NCBI GenBank assembly: GCA_030264375.1
Contig: JASCQW010000132.1
Span: forward strand, 36,419,632-36,483,631
Source of the DNA: Carcharhinus longimanus
Lineage: Eukaryota
Length of the DNA stretch: 64,000 nt
Reading direction: 5' to 3'
The position numbers and the translations under genes are program-made. Below the pieces are notes generated by a model. That model had not been told where the DNA came from, did no database searches, and saw only the letters and a program-made list of their open reading frames with translations. Positions within the stretch are counted from its first letter, which is position 1. Each line of letters starts with the position of its first letter. Below, piece after piece: positions 27,428 to 39,869 of this stretch.

Positions 27428-30400
27428 TTAAGTTCACTGGTTTGGCTTAATGTAATTGGTCCATGTTACAAGTCGGATACAATCATTAAGCGAGGGAAAA
27501 AAACGTATAATGCAAAATGGCAAGATACAAAAATGGATACATTATTTTCTAAAGCTACAATGATCAAATTATAATATACGAACCAATTTCTAGATAAAAT
27601 GTTCGCAATACACCGGGTAATCAACGTTTTGACGTTTCTCTTTCTTGAGTTGACTTAATCTCAATTGGCAAGGTTGTAAAACAAAGTAGTTTTGTAAAAA
27701 CAATTGATAACCCCAAAGCTAAGAATCGTTTTTACTGAAGTACTGACAAGCTGACATTACCGGAGCTTCCCATGAGTTGTAAAATCCATATTGCATGTGC
27801 CAGATCACACCCAATGAAAGCAAAGCCATTGAAACACACACTGAATCATTTTCGTAATCAGACGGATTTTAAGATGATCTTATACACACCACCTTTCCCC
27901 TGACCTTCACGGTGATAATGACAAAAAAAACCACAGACCACAAACATGCAGGTTTATGACAATGAATTTTGAACACCGCTCCTGGTCGTTTTGTTGGCTT
28001 TGTTTCCTTCATGTTTTAAGCATAGCAAAACCGCCTTTTCTACACTTTACTCTCGGATACAAACCGGCTGCACCAAAACACATTTCTTTCCGCGAAACCC
28101 ACATGCCTTTGGGCTCATATTTGTGCCGTTTCACGGCACGTCGGAATCGATGAAAATTTGCGGAAAAAAAGGACAAAGCGACTATCTATTTAGCAGAACA
28201 CTGTTGTATTACAAGAGTAATCGCATCTGGATTTGCAATCACACGTTTTATGCTTGACATGAAACCGACGATTCTTTAGCCCCGCGTAAAGCGAAACAGG
28301 AAGAATTGTGTTCTACAAAGCCATTTCCGGCAATTACATGTTCGTTGGAAATATTTTAATGAACATCGGGGTGCTGCACTAGTAATGCGATGCAGATCCC
28401 AAAGCTTGAGCCGTTACAAATTTAAATAAATAAAATAATGTTCGTGTCCTACACGAGGACCGTTCTTAATGATCGAAAAGGCAAATTGACGTCTGCTGGT
28501 GCCCATACTCGGCAATTCTTACAGTTACTATAGCAACTTGGGTTACACTTGGCATTTCGCCAGAGGACCGAAAATAGAGCGAGCTTCTGCGGGAAGACCC
28601 ACGGCGCTCATGTGGAAATATCGCAAATGTATAAACCTTCAATCTGCAATCACGACCGGAGGAAGATCGGAGTAATCTAAACATGCAAATCTCACCGCCA
28701 TTTCAAATGAGCCCTAACACAGCGCACATCATCGTTTTTTTGGCTCTCCTTGAGATAGACTCCACGTCGACACTAGCTGTAAGTAGTGGCTTTTGTGATC
28801 ACACGATTTTCTTCTGCAAACGCCTGTCTCCTTCTCGGGGCGATTAAGAGGTGGCTGCGGCTCCAAAGCAGAGGATCACTTTGATAGTGCACGCCTATTG
28901 ATTAATAATTAATTAATAAGTAATCAGGAAACAGGAATTAATAAAGATTCAATGTTTCACTAAACTTTTGTGGTTTGTGGTCCATTTAACACGTGAAAAA
29001 GAAAAGAGTTTGTTGTACTCGAGAAACCAGCAAGAAAACTGACAACATGCAAATAACTGTGTGACGCACAGAATTCAGAAGACGCACAGAAACCAGAGCA
29101 AATAAATACCAGGCACTAGCGGCCAAGTGAAAAAAAGTCACTGCTACTCGCACTTATTTACAATACCTACACCGGTTTGCTTGCCATCAAAACAAAGGTA
29201 TTTATTAAGGTTCGTGTACATTTGCTTTAAAGAAAGCATTTTTTACCCACAGCGCCGACGCGCGACGTTCCGAAGTAATCAAACTACATCAGGTCATAAG
29301 CAATCAACATTTCTGTAGTTTCTTGTATTTCAGTTGGCTTTAAGACACACACAAACGACATGTAGATCTCAATGAAGTTTCAGCCTTCACCCTTTCAGCA
29401 GTCTGACACAACCAACAGAACTCAAGAGAAGTTCCCCGTTTGTTTACCCGACTTACACGGTTTGTCCTGCCCCCCCCCCCCCAACTCCATGCCCAGAAAC
29501 TCTCAAACCCACCCCCGCCCCCTCTTTTCTCATTGAGTTGGAAGTCGCAGAGATCGCGACACGTTCAGCAATTTGGAGTTCGCACGCCAGCTTTTAGGCG
29601 GCTCTCGTTATCGAGTACCCTAGACCCATCCCGCGGGGGAAAAGAGAGAAAAAAAGTAAAAAACAAACCACGTGTTCCCAAACGCTCCGCTCTCCCCGTC
29701 AGGCCCTTCTGATCAGAGTGAGATTAACAAAACGGATGAGGATTTACTGATCAATAGATTAAACACTCCATCTGTGAAACCTTCATGACGGGGAGACAAC
29801 TCGACCTTGGTACACACAACCATGTAAACACACGTGTTTTATTTCACAGACCCATGGGCTTCCGTTTATGCTGGGTAATTCATGTCAGCTGTGGAACTTC
29901 ATGTCTCCTTGAGTATTTTTTAAAGCCCGATGCGGGATGAACAATTAACCTTCATAACATCGTACTCAACCGTCCCAAAGCAACAAAGAAATAAGGAAGG
30001 ATGAAGTACAACAAAACAACGTAGACCAACTGACACATGGGTCTTCAAGATATTGTACAAGAGGAACCACACCTGAAAAATGCATAAAATATTCTAGGAC
30101 AGCCAGCAGCAATTCTGAGAAAAGCATGGTCTACTATAATATTTCAACTGTGGTGTTCAGCATGTATAATTGCAAAATAACCATAGCCAGAGCCAGTCAA
30201 AACATCGCCACTACGGTATAAACACACACACACATATAAACAAGATTTCTGAAAGCTACATTAAAACTATACAACAGCTCAGAACATAAATATTAGCTTA
30301 TTAACTAAAACTAACACATAGCATGACTGAAATCAAATACATGGGTAAAAGGAGGGGGGTGGGGAGGGTGCAAATTGGATTGTTTTATTTCCTTTTCATG

Positions 30401-31716
30401 GCCATTCTGATTTTGGAACAATCAAACTATTAGACGAGAAACAAGGTTATTCGGCTGCATATCATCCTTAGCTGCTCTCAGAACTTCTCAGTCATTTCGC
30501 TTAAGTACATCAGAGACCATTCTGTAACATTAAAACCCTGTATAACCGAGGGGACACGTTTACAAACACGGATTGTGTGCATGTGTTCTCACACAATCTC
30601 AGTTGTCCCTGTCAAGTTGCTGCTCGCTTGGATTAAGCCGAAAAGGTTTTGCGACCAAGACCATGTTGGCCCCTTGAAATCGGCATCCTCGCAATCAAAA
30701 CATCATTAGATTATATTGCAGCTCTCCGTCCCCAATCTAACGCCACCCGCCCCCCCCCCCCCCCCCNNNNNNNNNNNNNNNNNNNNNNNNNNNNNNNNNN
30801 NNNNNNNNNNNNNNNNNNNNNNNNNNNNNNNNNNNNNNNNNNNNNNNNNNNNNNNNNNNNNNNNNNCCCGCCACCCCCTGCCCCACTACTACCGCCATCA
30901 TCACTATCAACAAGACAACACAGGACTGGGATAGCAAACGACGCCAACACGTTCTCGGAATCCATTCTAATAAATCTAACTGGGCAAAAAGGCGAAAACA
31001 AAACACTTGCTCACTCCCACTCATTCAGCAAACCTCGTGCTCTGCCGGGGAAAATCACTGGTGTCAATCTGATACAGTCCTGGTTACCACTCACAAGAGA
31101 CAAAAAAAAGAGAAAACGTCCACAAACAGGCAGGGAAAAAAATGTTTCAACATATTAATAGTTGATTATAACAAAGCTTTACAGGCTTCCTGGTTGTTTA
31201 TTTACTTCTTGACACCACAAGTACTGTACAAGGATCCGAGGGGCACCGCCACCGACCGCCATGTTTACCGTCAAAACCCAAAGAAGTACTCCTGAGAAGT
31301 TAAGTTCAGAAAAGACCCCAGATTCGACTTTTCACCCAAACAGCCACACAAGCACATACCTCACCCTGTACGGATCCTAAGTCTATAAAATCGTTCCACT
31401 GGGTTCCCCGTTTGATGTCAAAATACACATTTGTACATGAGCTGACTAATAACACTTCGGCGAAACAGCAGCAAATTTCCACCCTGGTCAACTTTCAAAG
31501 AAATATAAATAAAAATCCGCGACACTTCGAACCCCCCAACTTGCAATGATCGAAAGCACAAATATCATTCCCTCGATACAAACGAGCAGAAAGGTCACAG
31601 ACTCAAACGCGGCGGAGAATCGAACATTTTTTTTGCAAATGAAGTGCGTAAACGAAACTGAGTGGAAATAAGGACGGGCGATAAAGCCGCTGAGTTGCTG
31701 TCAGCCTTAAGAGCGA

Positions 31717-31770
31717 GGAGAGAGAGCGAGAGAGGAGAGAGAGAGAGAGAAAAGAGAGAGAGAGAGAGAG
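31717..31770. repeat. Imperfect (GA)n microsatellite
   Basis: gagagagagcgagagaggagagagagagagaaaagagagagagagagag. Confidence 0.85.
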
Positions 31771-31828
31771 GCAGCACCGGGTGCATTTCAAACAGAGAAA
31801 TCGGCCTCAAGTGGCGGCCACAATGTAC

Positions 31829-32100
31829 CTGGGAGATCTTTCCCAGGCAGCGCAGCCTTGGTGAGACCATGCCCGGGGCACGGCGACTCCCAGCTCCAAG
31901 CCTGCACCCCGCGGAAAACAATGAAAGTTGTAGATCAGGGGAAAAAAATGAATCGCAGCCAAGCGGCCATCTTGCATGAGCTGCAGACGCTGTCAATTGC
32001 AATCGCAGAGGCTGCAGCTTCGAAAGAGAGAGAGAGAGAGAGAGGAGGGAGAGAGAGGAGAGAAAATAACATTCGTTAAACACTAGCCCCCTCCTTCAAC
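31829..32100 (-). other. BMI1: BMI1 non-coding first exon (5' boundary approximate)
   Basis: Minus strand ATTGACAGCGTCTGCAGCTCATGCAAGATGGCCGCTTGGCT...AACTTTCATTG resembles the mammalian BMI1 5'UTR as recalled; candidate donor CAG|gtacat at 31828. Confidence 0.7.
32024..32062. repeat. Imperfect (GA)n microsatellite
   Basis: agagagagagagagagagaggagggagagagaggagag. Confidence 0.8.
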
Positions 32101-32620
32101 CCTCACACCGACCCCTGGCAGGAGCCGATCAGCGCCCATGCAATATTTGTTCAGCCCGTTCTACCTGGTGGCGAGGCGGCCGGGCTATTCCCCGCTTGTA
32201 GAAGTTAGGAGGGAAAAAAAAACCCACCCCCGGAGCCCCAGTGATGGGTGCCGTGAAACTGACACCGTCCCCAAAATGGCTCGAGTTCGACCGCCCCGCT
32301 CCGTCACGTGGTCTCATTCCTTAAGGGTGGCCTGGGAATTAGAGTCGGTGTAATCAGAGACGATTCCACCCCCCTCCCCTTCCCCTCCTCTCCCCTTCCC
32401 CTCCTCTCCCTCCGCCTCCTCCTTCCCCCCCCCCCCACCCCAATCCTCTCACCNNNNNNNNNNNNNNNNNNNNNNNNNNNNNNNNNNNNNNNNNNNNNNN
32501 NNNNNNNNNNNNNNNNNNNNNNNNNNNNNNNNNNNNNNNNNNNNNNNNNNNNNCCCCCACCCCACCCCAATCCTCTCACCGCACCGCCCTCCTCTACCAC
32601 CCATCTACCTCTTCAAAAAA
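32080..32620 (-). promoter_or_regulatory. BMI1: BMI1 promoter / CpG island
   Basis: CpG-dense; GC box ccgccccgc 32291-32299; E-box CACGTG 32305-32310; long C-rich tract ending in a gap. Confidence 0.7.
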
Positions 32621-33856
32621 AACACCAAATAATGCACCCTTTACCAGCCTCACTCGCACATCAGCTCCAGCTCCACCAATATCAAACCCTTTAAAAAAGA
32701 AATCTATACATGTCGCCGGGTAAAATAAGAGTCTCGTGGTTACAATACAACAACAAAAAAGAGGACGTTATATAATAAAATATGACTGCAAACTTTTATT
32801 TCAGGCTCTTGTTCCACATTCGAGAATACGTCTCAGCCAAGATTTCAGATGAAAGCTTCCCTTTATTAGGAATCTGCACGCTCGCATTTATAAAGTGCCA
32901 ACAGGATATTATCATTACGATTAGATTGCTGAATGATGATGTATAAAATCTTCATGTTGTAGCGACTGGGGATTGGCGGTGGGGCGACCCCCTCTTTTGA
33001 TCCAATTTTTCATTTGTAATATGTGTTGTTACTGTTCACAGCCTCACGATTCCTCCCCAGCATAGATGAACTATAGTCACTGGAACGTGGACAAGTTCCC
33101 ACAACTAGTTCACTTCACACATCCCGACTCTCCGTACTGATGTGCCGTACAACCTCCGGAAAAGACGACTTCTTTGTATTTTTGTTTAAATTGGAAAGCA
33201 GAAACAAATACAAACGCGCGTTTCGAACGAGGGAAGAGCTCCGAAGTTGGACGTAGCAGCATTGGTTACCTACAAATGAACGGACTGACAGACATTTTGG
33301 GAAATATGGGTTTATTAAAAGTTTAAGAAAATATTCNNNNNNNNNNNNNNNNNACGAAAAAAACCTACTTTCCGCTTCCGATATCTTATTTAAAATTGAC
33401 GTTTCCCCAATTTCCAACGAGTCTTGTAATGTTGGCAAGAAGAGGACAATAGCCGCCAAACGACTTCCAAGATGTGAATTTTTTATATATATATATATAA
33501 AATCACATCATTAAAGAATTGCATCCAGTTCAGAAGCTTCCCCCTTCACCCCAAACCGGCACCTGGAGACATCAAGAATAGTAAGAGATCTCTTCAAAAA
33601 CGTTGCTTTCATTCGAGGGGGGTTGGAATCAATTCGAATAGGTTTAGATCGTTGAAAGCGACTTAAAGTATCAATATTTTGACTTCTGGCAAAATACATT
33701 ACGTACCCAACAAATTTGAAACAAGCGTGGAATCATATCAAAGTGCGAAATAAGATAGCTCAGACTTTAAGAAGCATGTCTTTATTGTGGAAAAATCGTT
33801 TATACACAGTCAAACGCGACACATGATACAGCAAAATTCTCCCTCCACACCAGTAT

Positions 33857-33862
33857 TTTATT
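33857..33862 (-). other. Candidate COMMD3 polyadenylation signal (second AATAAA at 33781-33786)
   Basis: AATAAA on minus strand about 165 nt after the stop codon. Confidence 0.55.
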
Positions 33863-34026
33863 CAAGTATAGGGTGGAATACATTCGCTAAATGTAAAGTT
33901 TGAACTATTTATGGATTCTCTGTTGTTCGTCTTTTGCATAGAATGTGGAAGCAGGCAGGTTCTGGAGAATTCCTTTTATACCACCCACAGCCTCGAGTTC
34001 AATCGCGGTTCCCACAGCTTCATCAA

Positions 34027-34086
34027 TTACATCTGACTCGCCTTCTCCATGCTTTTAGCTGCATCCTTCAACTTCCCCAAAAGATC
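34027..34086 (-). CDS. COMMD3: COMMD3 exon 8 (60 nt incl. stop)
   Basis: cag|DLLGKLKDAAKSMEKASQM*. Confidence 0.95.
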   Translation of the reverse strand, partial: DLLGKLKDAAKSMEKASQM

Positions 34087-37000
34087 CTGCCATGAGAAAG
34101 CAGATTTTTATAATTACATATACACAGGAGTCAGAAATGTATACTACCGTCCGGGAAAAAAAAATCATTTTAAATCTTTTCCCAAGATTACAAACCCAAG
34201 TAACTTTATGTAAAATATTTGCGAATCACAGTAGATCTCTTTCCTCTTTTCCTCCCCCCACCCAACCGTCGTTAAAATTAGAAACAATTCATAGTCAAAT
34301 CATCAACACCTTGATGCATAGACTCTCAAACAAGTAACACGGCCAAGCTTTAGAAATTCACAAATGAAGTTTAAAATCTTTGTGGCTTGAAATAAAACGC
34401 TATTTTGCTAATATTTTCACTGAACAATTCCAAGTCGCAAATTCGCGTTAGTTTGTAAATTTCGAAGTAGAGATAGCTTTTTGTAAAATATGCCAATTGG
34501 AAAGCTGCCGAGCATAATGTCTTCAAGTGTCTTGTAAATTGCTGAACTTTCTAAAATAAAAAATGTGCCAAATGGCATTAGTAATAACACTAAACCTTGT
34601 AAAGGCAAATGGTCATTTACATTAAAAAGTTTGAGAATAAGCCAGGAGGTGGCTTCACATTAGGCAGTCAGTAACATTCCCCCTAAAATTGGAATTAAAA
34701 CGATGTTATATACAAATTTATTAGAATTGATACACGCATTAGACGCTATTTAAATTCAACACTTCAAAATGTAAAATGAGAGTGCAATGAAATGAGGTTT
34801 TTCCCTCTATCAAAATAAGTGGCGTAAATTCAGTGAAGGGTTAATCTTTCCATGGGCAGAGACACAGAAAATAATGAAACCCGGGTTTTCCCTCTTCCAA
34901 TCGATAGCAGGCAACTATTTGTAAAAGTCACTGCACAGGAATGAATGAAAAAGAAATCTTAATAGTGGCTCCTGAAATCAACGTGGTTGAAATTATAAAC
35001 TAGAGTTTATGTCTTTTAAATCATACCCTCAAATAGAAACCGACTTTTAGCTAACATGAAATTTGCCTGTAGGTGATCCCACAATGTACTTGTTTTCAAA
35101 CAATTTGTGTTCTTGAAGTTACGTTCCAAAAGAAAAGAGAATCATTGACGCAATGGCATCAATCCCAACTAGCCATATGTAAAGTCTACCATTTTACAAT
35201 CGAGCCTAAAGCGCAAACAGTAAAATAACCTCAATCTTGACATTTCGGAGGGAAAGCGTCAATATTTTGTAAGGGAGATTAAGTTTTGCTGGTCTACCTG
35301 CAATTGCTCCATTGTACAACTGAAAGTAACATCATGAGCTGGCCGGGACTCGCCATTCTGTAACGAAGTTAAAACAATATTAAACCGTGTTAAATAAGCA
35401 ATTCAAACTCAAAACGTAACATTTGCTTGTTTTAATCCTTACCTCGACATTCAAGGTGAGTAAATATGCTGGTTGATTGACTTTGTGAAGATGGTTATTC
35501 TGGAATACAGATACAAAAAAAAATGCATTTAGCTCGGATATTTGTGACATCCAAATAATTTGAAGAAAGTGACCGGGTATTGTATGAAAATGTTTACCCT
35601 AATGTGATACTCCAGGCGCCAAGAAGCATCAGTGATATGAGAAGGAAATCTTCCTAAACTGCAAGATATTTAACAGGAATAAAAATTAATGCATCTCAAA
35701 TCACGCAATTTCTTTCATTACATTTTCCGAACTAGTCAGAACCCACCCCCCCCCCAAAATTTGTATTAACAGTTTTGGTTAAACTATATTTTTAAACTCA
35801 ATTAGAACAAGTTGTCGTTTTGTTGGAGATACAGTTGTCAAAACGAAGGTGATTTTAAAAGAAAATCCATTTTAATGGCAATGGTGAACTGATCTTTAGG
35901 AGCAAAATTCACTAAATTTGTAAACACGAGTTTCAAAAAACTTCACCCTCAAGTAAATGTATGGCTAATATTAACTAAATGTGTGAACAAGGACATGTTA
36001 ATTAGCCAGGGTGCAAGTGCTGATGTTAAAATAATTAGACAGTTTGATTTCTGCCCCTCCTTTTTCTTCAATTTTATAATTAAGTTCAATTTTCGTCATA
36101 CACCTCGGCAGCACGAACTTTAGGGAGGCAGTCTACAATGGATTGGACTGGCGTTAAAATAATTAAATATTACCTTGCATTTATGATTGATGCAGCCTGT
36201 GCAGTTTGAACTGAACAACATCGTATGGTCAATTGAACAAAGCATCTAAAAATAGTTTTAGTATTTCAGTTGTTTTAAACCCTTGCCGAGAAACATTTGC
36301 TAGGTAGAAAATGGAGTGCCTTTATGATAAAAAAATGATAACCCAAGTTGTTCCAGTGAAACAAGTTATAGATACCGCACCCAAGATGGAACACCGTTCC
36401 AACCCCCATCTCTACACAGGCATAGACAAACTAATATGCAATTAATACTCACCTGCCTAGTAAGGTTTCCACTTTATCTTTGTTCTTCTAAATATATCAA
36501 AAGAAAACATAGGAACTTAGCCGCCTTATCAAAGCTACAATAAAAGGTTAGCTTCGGTTACTACATTTTCAGTGATGATATACAATGTAGATACTTGCTT
36601 CATTTTACTTGTAATTCCATGTGAATTTATCAGAGCACGTTTATACAAGATCGTAAGGCATTTTTTAAAAAAGTTATCTATAGTCAGCTGTAGGTTAGAA
36701 ATTTAGTTGGTTTTAATGAAAAAAGTGAACCATTTGCCCGACTCGATTTTCTTTTCGACACAAAACTGCAGCACTCCCAATAACTTTACAAATACAGTAT
36801 GGTATGTGAGGGACAGCAAACCTGGTATGCTGCGCAAAATGTGTCTATTCTTTCTCCTCCAAATCTACAGTCTTCAAGTAACGTGCTGGAATTGAAGAAC
36901 ATCAGTCACAAAATGCCTCCATATCCGAAAACAATGTTAAACGGAATACACAACATTCATTAATCTTAGACAGGTAACCTTATAGTCGATTTGTCGGCGT

Positions 37001-37859
37001 TTTGTTTTGCTGCCTCCAATACGCAGGTGGCGATGGCTACATGGCATTGTTTCAGCAAAGTCAAGTCCAAATTTCTCAGCTCTGTATGGTCTGCACACAA
37101 TGGTAGATAGTGATTTTCAATACCATTTCCACACAAAACGTTCCACTTATTAGAGGCCTTCGTCTAGTCCAAGGCTTACGTGACATTAATAAAGAGGTTA
37201 TTTTGTCAACTACTTCAAAAACCAAAAAAAGACCGTTAGTTCGAAGAAAAATCAAGTCCAACAGTTTATTCTGCTTTTGCAGAACTATTTTGATACATTC
37301 TGCCTTCAATGATAAACGCTACACAAGTCACTTGAGACAGTATTGTGTCCGCTTTTACTTACACAGAACATATTGGGACCTTAAATATTTATTAGCAACT
37401 CGTAAAACAGAATACACTTTCAGTTGGCTACCCTGATGCATTAGGCCCCAGGATATTCGTCCACAACAATGAACAATATACAGGCTCAGTGTGCATTTCG
37501 CGCCATCAAGTCGACAGCTCGAGAACAAGGAATCGGCCAACAGAAACGCATTTAGCAAATAACACCCTGTCCCAAATGTTATTTATAACTGGATTCGGGA
37601 GCATTGCGACGCAGAGCCGTTTGCAAAAGGAACAAACCGAGCGTAACCTTCCTGTATTAAATCAGTATAAAGAAACAGCAGCAGCCGCCCTCCGCAAATA
37701 GCTCGAAAATACGCGCTCACCAAATACTGCTCCGTCTGTTTGTGGGTTTATGAGGCTCTCGAAAGCCGCTTCCACTAAAATGTGGAATGTTTTGTTGGAG
37801 AAGTGGCTGGGATCGGCCAGCAATTGCAACCCTTTCAGTGTGTACTCTGGCAGCTCCAT
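34027..37859 (-). CDS. COMMD3: COMM domain-containing protein 3, 195 aa, 8 exons
   Basis: Exons of 139+112+64+35+61+57+60+60 = 588 nt, all GT-AG, open frame MELPEYTLKGLQLLADP...HITDASWRLEYHIR...FSCTMEQLQDLLGKLKDAAKSMEKASQM*; COMM-domain signature; directly upstream of BMI1. Confidence 0.97.
35298..35357 (-). CDS. COMMD3: COMMD3 exon 7 (60 nt)
   Basis: NGESRPAHDVTFSCTMEQLQ; cag|...|gtagac. Confidence 0.95.
35443..35499 (-). CDS. COMMD3: COMMD3 exon 6 (57 nt)
   Basis: NNHLHKVNQPAYLLTLNVE; cag|...|gtaagg. Confidence 0.95.
35598..35658 (-). CDS. COMMD3: COMMD3 exon 5 (61 nt)
   Basis: LGRFPSHITDASWRLEYHIR; cag|...|gtaaac. Confidence 0.95.
36453..36487 (-). CDS. COMMD3: COMMD3 exon 4 (35 nt)
   Basis: KNKDKVETLLG(S); tag|...|gtgagt. 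Confidence 0.92.
36822..36885 (-). CDS. COMMD3: COMMD3 exon 3 (64 nt)
   Basis: TLLEDCRFGGERIDTFCAAYQ; cag|...|gtttgc. Confidence 0.93.
36979..37090 (-). CDS. COMMD3: COMMD3 exon 2 (112 nt)
   Basis: (D)HTELRNLDLTLLKQCHVAIATCVLEAAKQNADKSTI(S); cag|...|gttacc. Confidence 0.93.
37721..37859 (-). CDS. COMMD3: COMMD3 exon 1 (139 coding nt)
   Basis: cacaATGG Kozak; MELPEYTLKGLQLLADPSHFSNKTFHILVEAAFESLINPQTDGAVF; |gtgagc. Confidence 0.95.
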
Positions 37860-38160
37860 TGTGCTGGACTGACCTTCGACACACAGCCACGTGATCCAGC
37901 TCAGCTGATCCACGCGGATGTGACAGTGTTAGCAATGAACAGCAGCAGCCAGAATATCAACACACTCTGCCCGAGCAAGCTACTCACCACCAAACTCAGC
38001 CCACTTAGTAGCCATTCCTACAGAAATATTACCATAATTAGTGTGCAAAGTGCGAATGCGTAATCATTTGTGCAATAATGTGAACACGCTCTTGCAAGCT
38101 ATTTCCGCACAGCGTTGCACACATTAAAACCAGCACATCGTTACTGTCTCCTCGCACAGG
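37860..38160 (-). promoter_or_regulatory. COMMD3: COMMD3 5'UTR / proximal promoter
   Basis: CpG-retaining region directly upstream of the ATG with E-box CACGTG at 37888-37893. Confidence 0.55.
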
Positions 38161-39869
38161 ACATTTAAACCACTGTTTAAAATGCAAAGATGCAACAAAA
38201 AGATAAAATGCTAATGTTACTGTTAATTCAAACATCAAAGCAGATCTTCAATGAGTTTAGAATTCACACATTTCTAGATATAAATGGGACAATAATTGTA
38301 AATATAATCGTGTCTTTTACTACAGCTATAGAGAGCACGCTGGAATAAGTGATTATGCCCGGCTAAACAGTTATCACATTGAAATGAACNNNNNNNNNNN
38401 NNNNNNNNNNNNNNNNNNNNNNNNNNNNNNNNNNNNNNNNNNNNNNNNNNNNNNNNNNNNNNNNNNNNNNNNNNNNNNNNNNNNNNNNNAAATGAACCGC
38501 CCTATCCCGCCTTACAGAACCTTTGTCTGTCCCGGAACTCAAGTAATTATTTTTCAGGTGCTTTGGTACAATAGATACTTCTAGCAATACACCAAATAAC
38601 AGCTAGTTTAAGTATCAGAACTAAACCGAGAGAAGTGGGTTAGGCCAATCGTTTATTAATGCTAATTTTGTTTTTGTTCAGTGTGGTTTTTCCATTCGTA
38701 GGGATCCCATGGAGTCCACATTTACTTTGTGGCTCTCATCAGCTGCAGGATAAGCACAACCAGAGCACGATCTCCACTGTTTAAAACACATGTTTGATGA
38801 CATTGATTAAGGACAGCTGTGATGTTCTTAAAGTTATCATTTAGCGTTTCATGTTCAAGCTCAATGCGAGTGGTATTATCTGGGAAATGGTATCCCAATT
38901 CCTTGAAGGATTACTTTCGTGATGAGAGGAAAGTGGTACGTAAGTTTATTGTCACAATTATGTCCCAGAATTGTGTACAGCAGGGTTGCAATTTTCTGTT
39001 GAATGATTTACTAGAAAACAATAGAGAAGACACATCCATCCCACTGATTTGGGTGAATTTAAACCCAGTTTAGACGTAAAAGAAAATGGTCTTTATAACG
39101 TATTGTGCCATTTAGATCTTCATGAATTATTTTGTGCTTGTAATTAGTTCAAAACTGTTTGACAATCAAAATTTGAAAACAACTTTATAAAGCTTTGAGA
39201 CTATTTATGTATGCTGATTTTGATTGTGTAAAATCAGTTTGTATTTGTTTTATCTTTTATACATTTTTTCATCTTCTGCTGTTTTTTATTTTTTTTGTGA
39301 AACATATAGTCTTCTGATCTGGTTCAGATAGGATCATTAAAGTTAACCAGGACAATTATCAACTAAGTGAACAAGCAATGAAGCTAAAGCTGAACCCATC
39401 CACAATTTAGCAAAATTTAACATTAACTTGACAGTACAATGCTGATAGACCACAAGGACAGCAGGTTGGAAGAGAAAATAGTTTCCTACATTTCAATTAT
39501 TTATTGAGTTGCAAGGTGGCAATTTGTTGAAACAAAGTGGGGAAGCTTATTTACACCAAATGAAACAATGCAATGTTGCATGCATCAAAATGGAAATGTG
39601 AGTGGATAATCATGTACATGCTACATATTGATGGTGATTGGCATAAACCAGACCTTCATTCATGTGTACTCAACACATGCATAGATTTTCACTCAACAGC
39701 ATCTGACCACACATGGAATTTGCATTCATACAGAAAAACTGATAGTGTTACTCAATTCTTTATTATTGAAAAGTTACAGTTTAAAATGTTACTTTTGCAT
39801 TAACTTCAGCTATGCTTCAGCAGATGTGCAGTGCTGACTGTTTTCAGTGTAAAGGATTGTACATAGATG

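Noticed and set aside
30649-32694. Pro/Gly-rich and SL/RE-repeat ORFs around the BMI1 5' region
   Set aside because: Products of poly-C tracts, GA microsatellites, high GC and N runs; no protein-like features
37860-37913. N-terminal extension of COMMD3 (MDQLSWITW...) in the ORF track
   Set aside because: Starts at a non-ATG codon; the ATG at 37859 has a good Kozak context and gives the expected 195 aa
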